A stretch of 64,000 bases of DNA, taken from assembly GCA_934700615.1 (NCBI GenBank), contig CAKUXR010000003.1:15536-79535 (forward strand), written 5' to 3'. The first letter of the stretch is position 1; each line of letters opens with the position of its first letter. Both the position numbers and the translations under genes were made by a program. This DNA is from an uncultured Bacteroidales bacterium. Its GTDB lineage: Bacteria; Bacteroidota; Bacteroidia; Bacteroidales; UBA932. Under the pieces are notes generated by a model, which searched no databases, was not told the DNA's origin, and saw only the letters and a list, made by a program, of their open reading frames with translations. Below are positions 19,014-28,819 of the stretch, in pieces.

Positions 19014-20983
19014 TGAAAAGAATCAGTACAACAATCGCAATATTGGCTCTTGCTGCGTTCGGGCTACAAGCGCAAGACAAGACCTACTTCGTGTCACCGG
19101 AAGGCAATGACAATGCTGATGGACTTTCCGTCAGCAATGCCTGGAAGAGCATTGATAAGGTCAATGCATCTGTATTTCAGGCCGGAGACCGAGTTCTCTT
19201 CGAAGGAGGTGCCACGTTCTACGGCAACCTGGTAATCAAAAGTTCAGGTTCACCTGAAAAGCCTATCTTGTTCTCAAGTTACGGGCAGGGACGTCCTGTC
19301 ATCAATATGGGAAAGGAAGAAGGCACGGCAATCACAATACTCAACTCCGACGGACTCGAAATTGTCGGATTTGAAATCACAAGCGGATTCCCTCCTGAGG
19401 TAGGCGTAGGACGCAACGGCATCCTCATCGACGAAAGAGAGCCCGGCAGAGCATTCAGCCACATTGTCATAAAGGACAACTACATACACGACATCTGGGG
19501 CCAGATGGGAGGCACGCGCTTGCGCTGCGCGGCAATCAGCGGTGGCGTGATGCGCCCTTGGAGAGGTTTTACAGTGTCACAGAACGCCTCAACCCTGGAA
19601 GACGTCCTCATCGAAGGAAACAGAATTGAAAGGGTGGACAAGGTGGGCATCACAACTACCGGCATTGACAAACTCTGTGTACGCCGCAATTATATGGACA
19701 ACCTCGGCGGCGACGGCATAATAGTCAGCAGTTCTTTCAGAGCTGTTGTCGAATTCAATGAAATCCACCGCTCTTGTATGCGTTCAGGTTTGCTCGACCT
19801 CCCAGGAGACAACGGTTGGGCAGAGAAAGGCGAAGGCTGGTGGCCTCATACGGCAGCATGCTGGATCATAGGCTGTGAAGAAACCATCATGCAATTCAAC
19901 GAGGTCTATGACACCGGACGGCAGATCAGAAATGGAGACGGTTTCGCTTATGACTTCGACTTCTATTGTAAACGCTGCATCGCACAATACAACTACAGCA
20001 AGGAAAACCACGGCTTCCTGCTCATGATGTACGACATTTTCGAGAATGTTGCCAGATACAACATCTCAGAGAACGACAAGACACATCTCGTCCAGATGCA
20101 GGGCAGCCTGAAGAGCGACAACAACGTCCTCTACAACAACGTGTTCTATGTGGACCACGGAGTCTCGGAAGTAGAGTATTTCAGAGGTGACCATCCTGAG
20201 AAGGCAAAGGATATAAACGACCTCGGGGCCCACTTCTACAACAACATCTTCTACGCCACTGGACAAGGACAGTTCCGCACCGCCTGGTCAGTCGGTTACG
20301 CTTGGGACAGGTCTTTCGACGACACACTGAAGCCTGATCTCCCTGCCGGCAGCCTGTTCCTCAACAACTGCTACTTCGGACCATGGAAAAACGGCATACC
20401 TGACGACCCGAAAGCCATCGTGGCAGACCCTAAGTTTGTCGACCCCGGCACAGGCGGAACAGGTCTGGGCACACTGAAAGGGTACATGCTTCAGAAGGAC
20501 TCTCCATGTATCAATGCGGGAACCCATATGACGCATAACGGCGGACGAGACTTCTTCGGTTTTCCTGTCAATGACGGTCATCCTGATGTCGGTGCTTTCG
20601 AGTATCTCGGAAGCGGAGTATTCGCTGATGAAGCAGCCATTGCCGCCCAGGACGCAGACGCCAGAGATGCATCTGCCGTGGCATGGGCGAAATGGTGTTT
20701 CCCTCTCGAGTTCGGCATCAAGGAAACCGACGTCCTCAACATCAGACTCTACCAGCCGCTCGAAGATGGAGTAACCGGCAAGATTTCCTGGACAAATCCT
20801 AAGAACGGAAAGACCACAATCGTGGATCTGGGCAAAGAAAAGAGCCGTTCAGAGTTTGCTCTCAAACTGAATGCGGACCCTCAGACCCTGCTTTCAAGCA
20901 AAATCAAGGTCTCCGTCGAAAAAGGCAAGTTCTCTGAAGCGTGGGAAATCGCATTTTCGGAAAACCCGGCCAAACGCCAGTAA
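19013..20983 (+). CDS. Right-handed parallel beta-helix repeat protein, putative polysaccharide lyase/hydrolase (copy 2, tandem paralog)
   Basis: Same architecture as 17040-19013 (DNYIHDIWGQMGG, NNIFYATGQGQFRTA and the FEYLGS block conserved in both). The start overlaps the previous stop (TAATG at 19011-19015); an alternative ATG lies at 19007. Confidence 0.85.
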   Translation: MKRISTTIAILALAAFGLQAQDKTYFVSPEGNDNADGLSVSNAWKSIDKVNASVFQAGDRVLFEGGATFYGNLVIKSSGSPEKPILFSSYGQGRPVINMGKEEGTAITILNSDGLEIVGFEITSGFPPEVGVGRNGILIDEREPGRAFSHIVIKDNYIHDIWGQMGGTRLRCAAISGGVMRPWRGFTVSQNASTLEDVLIEGNRIERVDKVGITTTGIDKLCVRRNYMDNLGGDGIIVSSSFRAVVEFNEIHRSCMRSGLLDLPGDNGWAEKGEGWWPHTAACWIIGCEETIMQFNEVYDTGRQIRNGDGFAYDFDFYCKRCIAQYNYSKENHGFLLMMYDIFENVARYNISENDKTHLVQMQGSLKSDNNVLYNNVFYVDHGVSEVEYFRGDHPEKAKDINDLGAHFYNNIFYATGQGQFRTAWSVGYAWDRSFDDTLKPDLPAGSLFLNNCYFGPWKNGIPDDPKAIVADPKFVDPGTGGTGLGTLKGYMLQKDSPCINAGTHMTHNGGRDFFGFPVNDGHPDVGAFEYLGSGVFADEAAIAAQDADARDASAVAWAKWCFPLEFGIKETDVLNIRLYQPLEDGVTGKISWTNPKNGKTTIVDLGKEKSRSEFALKLNADPQTLLSSKIKVSVEKGKFSEAWEIAFSENPAKRQ

Positions 20984-21064
20984 TCTCACAACATCACAAA
21001 TGCCGGAGACTGCACTTGCAGGCTTCGGCTTTATTTATGACATTCGGACAAATCAGATCTCGAC

Positions 21065-23494
21065 ATGACTACAAAACACTTGATTGTCACGCTTTTATCA
21101 GCATTGACCTGCATTTCGATACAGGCACAGACCTCGTTCGGCGATGCAATGAAATTCGATGACGGCTGGCTGTTCAGCCTCACCGACGCTCCTGACCAGA
21201 TAGACAATTCTTTCAATGACAAAAATTGGCGCACACTCGACCTTCCTCACGACTGGTCCATAGAAGGGCGTCTCTCCCCTACACTCGCAAGCTGCACGGG
21301 ATATCTTCCCGCCGGCATCGGTTGGTACCGCAAGCATTTCACGGTGAACGACGACGCACCGAGACACTACATCTATTTCGAAGGCGTCTATAACCGCAGC
21401 GAAGTGTACCTTAACGGACAGCTTCTCGGCAAACGTCCAAACGGATACGTGTCGTTCATGTACGACTTGACCCCTTACCTCAAGGACGGAGAGAATGTCC
21501 TGACAGTGAGAGTGGACCACAGCCGATATGCGGATTCACGCTGGTACACCGGTTCAGGAATCTACCGTGACGTCTGGCTCGTATCCGCACCCGAAACACA
21601 TTTTTCACTCTGGGGAGTCGGCTGGCATGCCAAATCAATCACGGAAAAACAGGCTACAGTATCAGTGGACATGGAGATACAGAAGCATCTGGACGTCCAA
21701 TCAAAACTCGAAGTCAGAGCCAGCCTCTATGATGCCGGAAACAATCTCGTCGCAAGCAGGACAGTCACGGTCAATGACAGAGAAGCCGGCTTGAGTAAAG
21801 TCGCGACAGAGCTGAAAGTCAAGGACCCGCAACTTTGGAACCTTGACAAGCCATATCTCTATACCCTTGAGACTGACATCCTTTCTGACGGTCAGAAGAT
21901 TGACGGAAGCAAAACCAGAGTCGGACTCCGCACCCTCACATTCGACGCGGACAAAGGCTTCGCCCTGAACGGGAACTGGATGAAAATCAAAGGAGTTTGT
22001 CTCCATCATGATGCCGGAGTACTCGGCGCGGTTGTACCTCCGGAAGTTTGGAGACGGCGCCTGGAGAATCTCAAGGCTATCGGCACCAATGCAATCCGCA
22101 TGAGCCACAATCCTCAGGCACCTGTACTTTACGACCTCTGCGACGAGATGGGACTGCTCGTGATGGACGAGGTATCGGACGAATGGGAATTCCCCAAGCG
22201 CAAATGGATTGAAGGATGGAATGTAGGAACTCCAAGTTATGACGGTTCCTTCGACTTTTTCGAAGAATGGATCGAGAAGGATATCACCGACATGGTAAGA
22301 CGCGACCGGAATCACACCAGCATATTCCTCTGGAGTATCGGCAACGAAGTCGATTATCCAAACGACCCGTATTCGCACCCTATCCTGAACAGCAGTAGCA
22401 TAAACCAGCCAATGTTCGGAGGGTATAATCCTGATGCACCTGATGCCATGCGCATCGGCAAGATAGCCAAGAGACTCGTTGCTTGCGTACGCGCCGTCGA
22501 TACTTCGCGTCCGACCACCGGAGCACTTGCCGGAGTGGTAATGTCCAACGAAACAGAGTATCCTGATGCAGTAGATGTGGTTGGCTATAACTACACAGAG
22601 AACCGATACGACATGGACCATGTCACCTATCCGAAGAGAGTCATCTACGGCAGCGAGAATGGACGGAGCAGAAACGCCTGGCTGGCCGTGCGTGACAAAG
22701 ATTTCATCTTCGGACAGTTCATATGGACCGGAACCGACTACCTCGGAGAGTCAGGACCATGGCCGTCACGAGGACTGGGAACCGGACTGCTCGATTTCGC
22801 CAGTTTCCCTAAGCCGAACGGATACTTCCGCGCTTCAATGTGGAGCACCAGTCCGATGACTTACATCGGCACATATCCGGTACCGGCCCCACGTAACGGA
22901 AACGGACGGACATTTCTGTCCCCGGACGCTTTGGACACCTGGAACTACTCACTTGAGCAGAAAATCCGGGTAGTATGCTATACCAACGCAGCCCAGGCAA
23001 GACTCCTTCTGAACGGAAAGGAGGTCGGAGAGATGAAGCCTTACGATGACGTGAGCGGCATCATCTGGTGGGATATACCTTTCAGACCAGGCACACTCAA
23101 GGCTGAAGGATGCGACAAAGACGGTAACGTCATCTCGGAATACTCCATCACCACATCCGGCCGCCCATATGCCCTGCGGGTAATCTCGGACTGCTCAGAA
23201 TTGTCCAAAGACAAAGCCACCGCGCACATCATAGTTACAGTCGTCGATGAGAATGGCGTCATGGTCAAACTGGCAGACAACAACATCACCTGCACTGTGG
23301 ACGGACCTGCGCGACTCCTCGGACTCGAAGGCGCGGACAACACGGACATGGGAGATTACCGTGACAACCGGCAGAGAGTCTATAACGGACGCCTGCTGGC
23401 CTATATCCAGACTACCGGAGAAGCGGGAGAAATCAATGTCTCGTTCAGTTCTCCACTTCTGAAGGGCGCAGAGATCAAATTCACCGCAGAATAA
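21065..23494 (+). CDS. Glycoside hydrolase family 2 (beta-galactosidase/beta-glucuronidase-like)
   Basis: Signal peptide; GH2 sugar-binding, Ig-like and TIM-barrel domains with the WSIGNE acid/base motif; 809 aa. Confidence 0.9.
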   Translation: MTTKHLIVTLLSALTCISIQAQTSFGDAMKFDDGWLFSLTDAPDQIDNSFNDKNWRTLDLPHDWSIEGRLSPTLASCTGYLPAGIGWYRKHFTVNDDAPRHYIYFEGVYNRSEVYLNGQLLGKRPNGYVSFMYDLTPYLKDGENVLTVRVDHSRYADSRWYTGSGIYRDVWLVSAPETHFSLWGVGWHAKSITEKQATVSVDMEIQKHLDVQSKLEVRASLYDAGNNLVASRTVTVNDREAGLSKVATELKVKDPQLWNLDKPYLYTLETDILSDGQKIDGSKTRVGLRTLTFDADKGFALNGNWMKIKGVCLHHDAGVLGAVVPPEVWRRRLENLKAIGTNAIRMSHNPQAPVLYDLCDEMGLLVMDEVSDEWEFPKRKWIEGWNVGTPSYDGSFDFFEEWIEKDITDMVRRDRNHTSIFLWSIGNEVDYPNDPYSHPILNSSSINQPMFGGYNPDAPDAMRIGKIAKRLVACVRAVDTSRPTTGALAGVVMSNETEYPDAVDVVGYNYTENRYDMDHVTYPKRVIYGSENGRSRNAWLAVRDKDFIFGQFIWTGTDYLGESGPWPSRGLGTGLLDFASFPKPNGYFRASMWSTSPMTYIGTYPVPAPRNGNGRTFLSPDALDTWNYSLEQKIRVVCYTNAAQARLLLNGKEVGEMKPYDDVSGIIWWDIPFRPGTLKAEGCDKDGNVISEYSITTSGRPYALRVISDCSELSKDKATAHIIVTVVDENGVMVKLADNNITCTVDGPARLLGLEGADNTDMGDYRDNRQRVYNGRLLAYIQTTGEAGEINVSFSSPLLKGAEIKFTAE

Positions 23495-23520
23495 TCATAC
23501 GCGCCCATCCATAAATAAAT

Positions 23521-23559
23521 TCCCGCCATCGTCTTTCTCATGAAGCACGATGGCGGGAA
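23521..23559. terminator. Bidirectional rho-independent terminator hairpin between the convergent GH2 gene and the lipoprotein gene
   Basis: Perfect 12-bp inverted repeat tcccgccatcgt / acgatggcggga with a 15-nt loop, followed by an A/T run. Confidence 0.5.
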
Positions 23560-23566
23560 ATCTATT

Positions 23567-25251
23567 TTAAGCAACAGTCACCTGCCTGGTCACCTCAGCA
23601 AGAAGCCTGATATCCTCGGCTGAAGCGCCTACCATGACATTGACCTTGCCCTTCTCCGAATACTCGGCTGCGCTCTGTGGGCCAGACGGGATTTGAGTGA
23701 CGTAGAGCCTGCCAGGTTACTCTTGTCCACTGCCGCAGGAATGACGCCAGTCCACGAGCCGCCGAACAAGTTATATGCAGGATCCACAAACTCGAAGCTT
23801 ACAGTAGTCTTGTCCCCATCCTTGGCCAGTTTCACCCAACCGTCGATAGCTGCCGCATAGCCATGAAGGTAGCCTTCTGAATCGAGAGTGGAAAGATCCC
23901 AATACCATGTGCCGGATTGTCCGAAAGGTGAAGTCTTGCCTGCTACGAAACCGACAGTCTGATTGTCCACACTCATGTTATACTGTTTCTCAGGAATAGG
24001 AATTTCGGTAGTGGAAGTCTTTTCCGTAAGAAGTTCAATGTCAATCGCATCGCCATTGGCATTTTCCAGTGACAGAATCCAGTTGGCCAGACCGGCTCCA
24101 AGATAATCCCCATAGTACGCAAGGGAAGCGGTAGTTGTCTCCGCAGGAAGTTTCAGAGTATAGTCTCCGGTAAGAGTCGTGTTGTCCTCTTCCTTCGGAG
24201 ATTCGTCCGTAAACTCAATGTCTCCCGTAAATACCCCCTTCACCGACTTTCCGTTGTCAGTAACGAGTTCAAGTTCGATTCTGTAACCGGTATCACCGAA
24301 TTCACTGACAAGTGCGGTTCCTGACGCAATGCCGCTCTGGGAAAGTATATTCCCTTCCGCATCGACGGTAGCGGCAATCGAGCCGTAGTACTCGCCCAAA
24401 AGCGAGAATCCCGGTTCTATAGTCCCAGCCGCATAGGTATCGGCAACAGTATATATGCCAGGCATAAGGTAGATGACCGGACTGTTTTCAAGGGTAAGGG
24501 AAAGTCCGACCACTGCACCTCCGGATACTGTAACTCCGTCATTGCCCACCGTTGGTGAGGTCAGAACTACAGAATACCCATCCGTGCCGGAGCCGAGTTC
24601 ATCACCATAATATACACCGAAAGCATTGGTAAATGAGACATTGATGTCTTCCTCCAATGCAGGTATCTGTTCATTTGGTTCAGAGCCTGCATTAGGATCA
24701 CCGAAGGCAAGAGGCCCTTCATAGATACAGCTGACGGTAGAGCCGTCCTTCAATGTAAACAGGCCCTTGAGTATCTTTCCCTTATCCGAAGTCTTGACTT
24801 CCAGATAACCTTCAGTAAAATCGACACTGGTCTGCTTTCCCTCTACATTGACCTGCATTCGGGTATAATAATTATTGAGAGTGCCCGCAGCATTGGTCCC
24901 AGCGATATTGTACGTGCCGTCAGGCAGCACAGCCGTTTCGAATGAGTCTGAGCCTTCAGATGCATATATGTCGAAGAAAATGATATGTCCGTCGGCAGGA
25001 GCGGCATCGTCGCCCTCATTATCTTTTATGAATTCCTTGTCACCAAGACCGACATAGTAATTGAACACTCCTTCTGTCTTGCGGTCTCCATAATAGAGTA
25101 CCTTGGTTGTACGGTCCATAACCAATTCCAGGTCAGCTTTAGGAGCAGTTTCAGGGTCCGGTGTTTCCGGTGGAGTCGGGTTGTCCTTGTTGTTACAGCC
25201 GACAAGGACCAGAGACGCCAGCAAACTGGCGAGAAATCTTGAACATTTCAT
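23567..25251 (-). pseudogene. Lipoprotein of unknown function carrying an apparent -1/+1 frameshift near 23715-23730 (a pseudogene or a sequencing error)
   Basis: SpII signal (LASLVLVGC). The 540-aa ORF ends in a low-complexity tail (..SRLAHRAQPSIRRRARSMSW). A different frame encodes a plausible 48-aa continuation (..LYVTQIPSGPQSAAEYSEKGKVNVMVGASAEDIRLLAEVTRQVTVA*) that stops at 23567, right next to the terminator hairpin. Confidence 0.55.
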
Positions 25252-25314
25252 TCGTCAATGATTAATAAGGTTAAAACTAAGTAACGGCTCATCGAAACGC
25301 CCGAGGCCTATATG

Positions 25315-25322
25315 CAAATATA
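25315..25322 (-). promoter_or_regulatory. -7 promoter element (TATATTTG on the minus strand) for the 540-aa lipoprotein gene
   Basis: The reverse complement reads cttatatttgcatatagg, about 64 nt upstream of the ATG at 25251. Confidence 0.35.
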
Positions 25323-25699
25323 AGAAAAAGTGAAAAATATGCATATCTTATTTCCGACCCTCTTGGCAACCGCTGATTTTCAATTCCCGCGGCCAAAGTG
25401 TTCTATATCAATGCAATAATGAGCACTGACAGATTTTCCTATCTGTCAAAACCCCATTTCAAAGCCACCTCTTGGCATCCCGCAAATCGCGTAAACAATT
25501 GGATATCAGCCAATAATACCAAAGCGAAGCTGTCAAGAGGGTCGAATAGTGACAAACCTACTGACAACCCTCCTGACAGACCTAAGGTCAAGACTATTCC
25601 TCATCGTAAACGGCAATCGTCCCGAAGCCGATGGAGACTTTGGGACGACTCAAAAAATATTAATGCTAACTCAAGTTTCAAGAAACCCGAAATTCCGAT

Positions 25700-26287
25700 C
25701 TACTGGACTTCCGCATCCACATTTCCAATGTGCGGAAGATCAGAAATGAGCCTCTGGTCATAAAAGGTTCCCAGAGTGACTGAAGATTTCTCCAGACTCA
25801 CAGCCTCCATGTAATTCGGATTGTCGTTTTCATCGAAATCGCCGTTGAACAGCAGCATGTGGTCTCCGGTAACCTCCTTCACATAGAAAGCCATCGGAAT
25901 TGCCTGAGGTCCGTCATCGAAGAGATTTTCATATGTAAGGCAGAACGCCATGCTACCGTCAGAATTCCGCTTCATGGAATACCAGCCATTAAAAGAATAG
26001 ACGTCGTTCACCTTGATACCATTGACAAGAGTCTTCTGCTCATCAGTCAATTTATCCATGTCAATGCTTTCCTTGAGTTCAGCCAAAGTCTCCTCAGTAA
26101 AGACATTTCCCAAGAGCACCGTCCCGTCATCATTCAATTGCATGATGCTGCTGAACTCGTTCGAGAAATTGACAACCCATGTATTCACGTATAGTTTCGG
26201 GTCATCCGGCTCAGAGCCATTCTTGTCACATGCATTGGCCATGGCAATAACAGCGAATGCCAATATACTGTATATCAATTTTTTCAT
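25700..26287 (-). CDS. Small lipoprotein of unknown function (195 aa), paralog of the next gene
   Basis: SpII signal (AMANAC). Shares a LYVNTW ... N-terminal block and overall similarity with 26299-26901. Confidence 0.7.
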   Translation of the reverse strand: MKKLIYSILAFAVIAMANACDKNGSEPDDPKLYVNTWVVNFSNEFSSIMQLNDDGTVLLGNVFTEETLAELKESIDMDKLTDEQKTLVNGIKVNDVYSFNGWYSMKRNSDGSMAFCLTYENLFDDGPQAIPMAFYVKEVTGDHMLLFNGDFDENDNPNYMEAVSLEKSSVTLGTFYDQRLISDLPHIGNVDAEVQ

Positions 26288-26298
26288 ATCTTCAATCT

Positions 26299-26901
26299 TT
26301 AATACATACCCAACAATTCAGTCAAGTCAACTGTCTTTCCGACAGTAATGCCGGAGGCAGACAGGCTCTTCACCGTAAATGGCTTTTCACCGGACGATTC
26401 ATTACCGAATACCATTGATTCCTTGGAAATGTTTGTCAAATGAAGCTCATTCTCCATCGGAACCGGATATTCCATACCTTCAATATTTCTAATGCTGAAT
26501 GTGGACAGATAAACGTCGTTATTCTTTCCAGGAATCTCCACATACAGTCCCTTGAGGATTGTGACAACATCATTGACCTTGATCGATTTGATCATTTCGA
26601 TGACTTCCTTCGGAACTTCACGTGAATTCCCATCAGTTTCGGGATTGTCAGAGGACGGCAAGTATTGACTCCTAAGGACTTCCAGCAACTCTTCATTGAC
26701 GACGAAACCCGAGTTGAATGTCTTGTCAGCATTGAATTGATAGAGACAGCAATCCGCTCCTCCAAGTCCACCGATACCTTCAATTGCCCATGTATTGACA
26801 TACAAAGGGACAGGCGCAGAATCCTTGTCTGAATCCTTGTCGCAGCTCACTCCGGACAACAGTATGGTCCAAAGAGCTAAAAAGTAAACTAATTTCTTCA
26901 T
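26299..26901 (-). CDS. Small lipoprotein of unknown function (200 aa), paralog of the previous gene
   Basis: The internal start MKKLVYFLALWTILLSGVSC at 26901 is a canonical lipoprotein signal. The long ORF to 27009 would overlap the upstream gene. Confidence 0.7.
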   Translation of the reverse strand: MKKLVYFLALWTILLSGVSCDKDSDKDSAPVPLYVNTWAIEGIGGLGGADCCLYQFNADKTFNSGFVVNEELLEVLRSQYLPSSDNPETDGNSREVPKEVIEMIKSIKVNDVVTILKGLYVEIPGKNNDVYLSTFSIRNIEGMEYPVPMENELHLTNISKESMVFGNESSGEKPFTVKSLSASGITVGKTVDLTELLGMY

Positions 26902-26918
26902 TACCATATATTTAAAGT

Positions 26919-28655
26919 TTATTCCCATTTCATATCCTGGTCGAAAGACACACGGAATCCAATCAGCATGTTTGTCACCCGAGGTGAACAATATACTCTT
27001 GCTGCACAACGGCAGCTGAGTTTGTCCATAGTGAAGTCCCCTCCACGAACAACCTTGTCGGTTCCGGTCTTCGGGCCTGTCGGATTCCAGGCAAATCCGC
27101 CAGAACCTCCATAATAATTTACGTCAAACCAGTCCGCCACCCATTCTGAAACATTCCCATGCAAGTCATACAGTTCGAACCCGTTAGGGGGATAAGAACC
27201 TACCGGAGCAGTTGTTCCCATGCCGGCCGACCTGATATTCGCCATCTCCCCTGTCAGGTCCAGACCATTTCCAAGGCCGAAAGGCGTCTCCGCAAGACCT
27301 CCCCTGCAGGCAAATTCCCACTGCGCCTCAGTCGGAAGCGCTCCACCCACGCAATCTGCGAAAGCCTTCGCTCCATACCAGCTGACATTGACGACAGGGC
27401 AATCACAATATCCGTCAGCCGGCTTCCATTCGGCAAGTTCCGTGTCCCAGATGAGTCCGAACTTGGCATACTGCCTCACAAGGACTTTCGATTTGTTCTC
27501 CGCATCGCCCCATCCGTTCCATATGCCGTCACTTCCTATCTTATTGTCATTCAGAAAAGACGCATACTCGGCATTGGTAACTTCATACTTGCCCATATAG
27601 TAACTGCGGGCCAGATGCACATTATGCTGATTCTCGACATTCGTATTATTCCGTCCTTCTTCAGTTTTCGGACTGCCCATCCGGAAATACCACAGGCCAT
27701 CACCTTGAAACTTATAAGTACCCTTCTGGTCGACAACCATCTGAATGACGTCAGGATGCTTGTAATCCACCGGCAGTGAGCGGTTGAACACTTTCACGTT
27801 CCCGGCATTCAGGGCACAATCCCCGACCGGACCGCCCAACCTGTACTCTTTGCCATCCGTAACATAACTGAACAGTGATGTACCGCCTCCAAGCGTCTGA
27901 ACCGGAATGACAGCACGATAAATGTAATTGTTTCTCTCTTCACCCGGCAACTCGAAGAGATGCATTTTGACATTTCCTTCAGAACTCCCGGTTCCCGCTA
28001 CCGAGGCAGAAACGTCACTATCCTCAAGCAAATTGATTTCGGCGAGAGTTCCGACTCCGCAGAGGCTGACTTCAAGTTTTCCATCAATGTTCCAATACTT
28101 GCTTTTAGGCACTTCCACCTGGATCATAGCAAACTCATGCCTGAATTCAAGCTTCACGTCGCTTCCGATTTTTACTCCCTCCTCATTCCTGGCCACCAGA
28201 AAATCTGAAAGCCTGTAATCATTCTCACTGCTTTGGTCCTCTTTGACATTGACAGAGATTGCGGTAGGGTCAGTATTGTTCTCGTCGAACGGATAATATG
28301 CGCAGAATTTCAGCGATTCTTTTTCCCAGCACAATTTGTCTCCTACCCAATTGCTGCCATCAAATGTCAGTTTCTTGTTCCCGAAAACCAACTCATCAGA
28401 TTCGGCATCATATGCATATACACCGACAGCGTCACCCTCAGTCCAGACACATTCGACAGTATCTTCCGAAGAAGCGATCACATATGGTTCAATGTCAAAC
28501 TTGAAACTGATTTCAGGCTTGCTCTCCTCCGGTTTCGGCTCCCCCTTCCCCGGTTCTTCCGGAGAAGGTCTGTCATTGACATTCTCCTTGCCGCAACACA
28601 CCAACATTGAAGTCAATGCCAATGATGCAATAAAATGATAAATAATTCTTCTCAT
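26919..28655 (-). CDS. Lipoprotein with an N-terminal fimbrillin-like/Ig-like region and a C-terminal formylglycine-generating-enzyme (FGE/SUMF1, DUF323) domain
   Basis: Start at MRRIIYHFIASLALTSMLVCC (lipoprotein signal). The C-terminus contains FGE-sulfatase hallmarks: VNVSWYGAKAF, GGALPTEAQWEFACRGG, LYDLHGNVSEWV and RVVRGG. Confidence 0.8.
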   Translation of the reverse strand: MRRIIYHFIASLALTSMLVCCGKENVNDRPSPEEPGKGEPKPEESKPEISFKFDIEPYVIASSEDTVECVWTEGDAVGVYAYDAESDELVFGNKKLTFDGSNWVGDKLCWEKESLKFCAYYPFDENNTDPTAISVNVKEDQSSENDYRLSDFLVARNEEGVKIGSDVKLEFRHEFAMIQVEVPKSKYWNIDGKLEVSLCGVGTLAEINLLEDSDVSASVAGTGSSEGNVKMHLFELPGEERNNYIYRAVIPVQTLGGGTSLFSYVTDGKEYRLGGPVGDCALNAGNVKVFNRSLPVDYKHPDVIQMVVDQKGTYKFQGDGLWYFRMGSPKTEEGRNNTNVENQHNVHLARSYYMGKYEVTNAEYASFLNDNKIGSDGIWNGWGDAENKSKVLVRQYAKFGLIWDTELAEWKPADGYCDCPVVNVSWYGAKAFADCVGGALPTEAQWEFACRGGLAETPFGLGNGLDLTGEMANIRSAGMGTTAPVGSYPPNGFELYDLHGNVSEWVADWFDVNYYGGSGGFAWNPTGPKTGTDKVVRGGDFTMDKLSCRCAARVYCSPRVTNMLIGFRVSFDQDMKWE

Positions 28656-28819
28656 AACAGTTTGTCTTATATGAAGGTCAAGTGGATTACGATAAGAAAA
28701 TCGTTGACGAATATACGTTCCGGACACCTTATAATCACTATTTTTGATTAAACATAGTCCGGGAGTACGCAGTTTTTGCGAAAAACCATATCTTTGCAGG
28801 ACATAAAACGGAAACTGAA

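Noticed and set aside
25398-25763. 121-aa plus-strand ORF in the 450-bp intergenic region
   Set aside because: Low-complexity sequence with no signal or domain features. The region is better explained as the promoter or regulatory DNA of the minus-strand lipoprotein gene.
26902-27009. N-terminal extension of the small lipoprotein ORF (MCSKSIL..)
   Set aside because: The internal MKKLVYFLALWTILLSGVSC is a canonical lipoprotein signal. The extension lacks one and would crowd the upstream gene.
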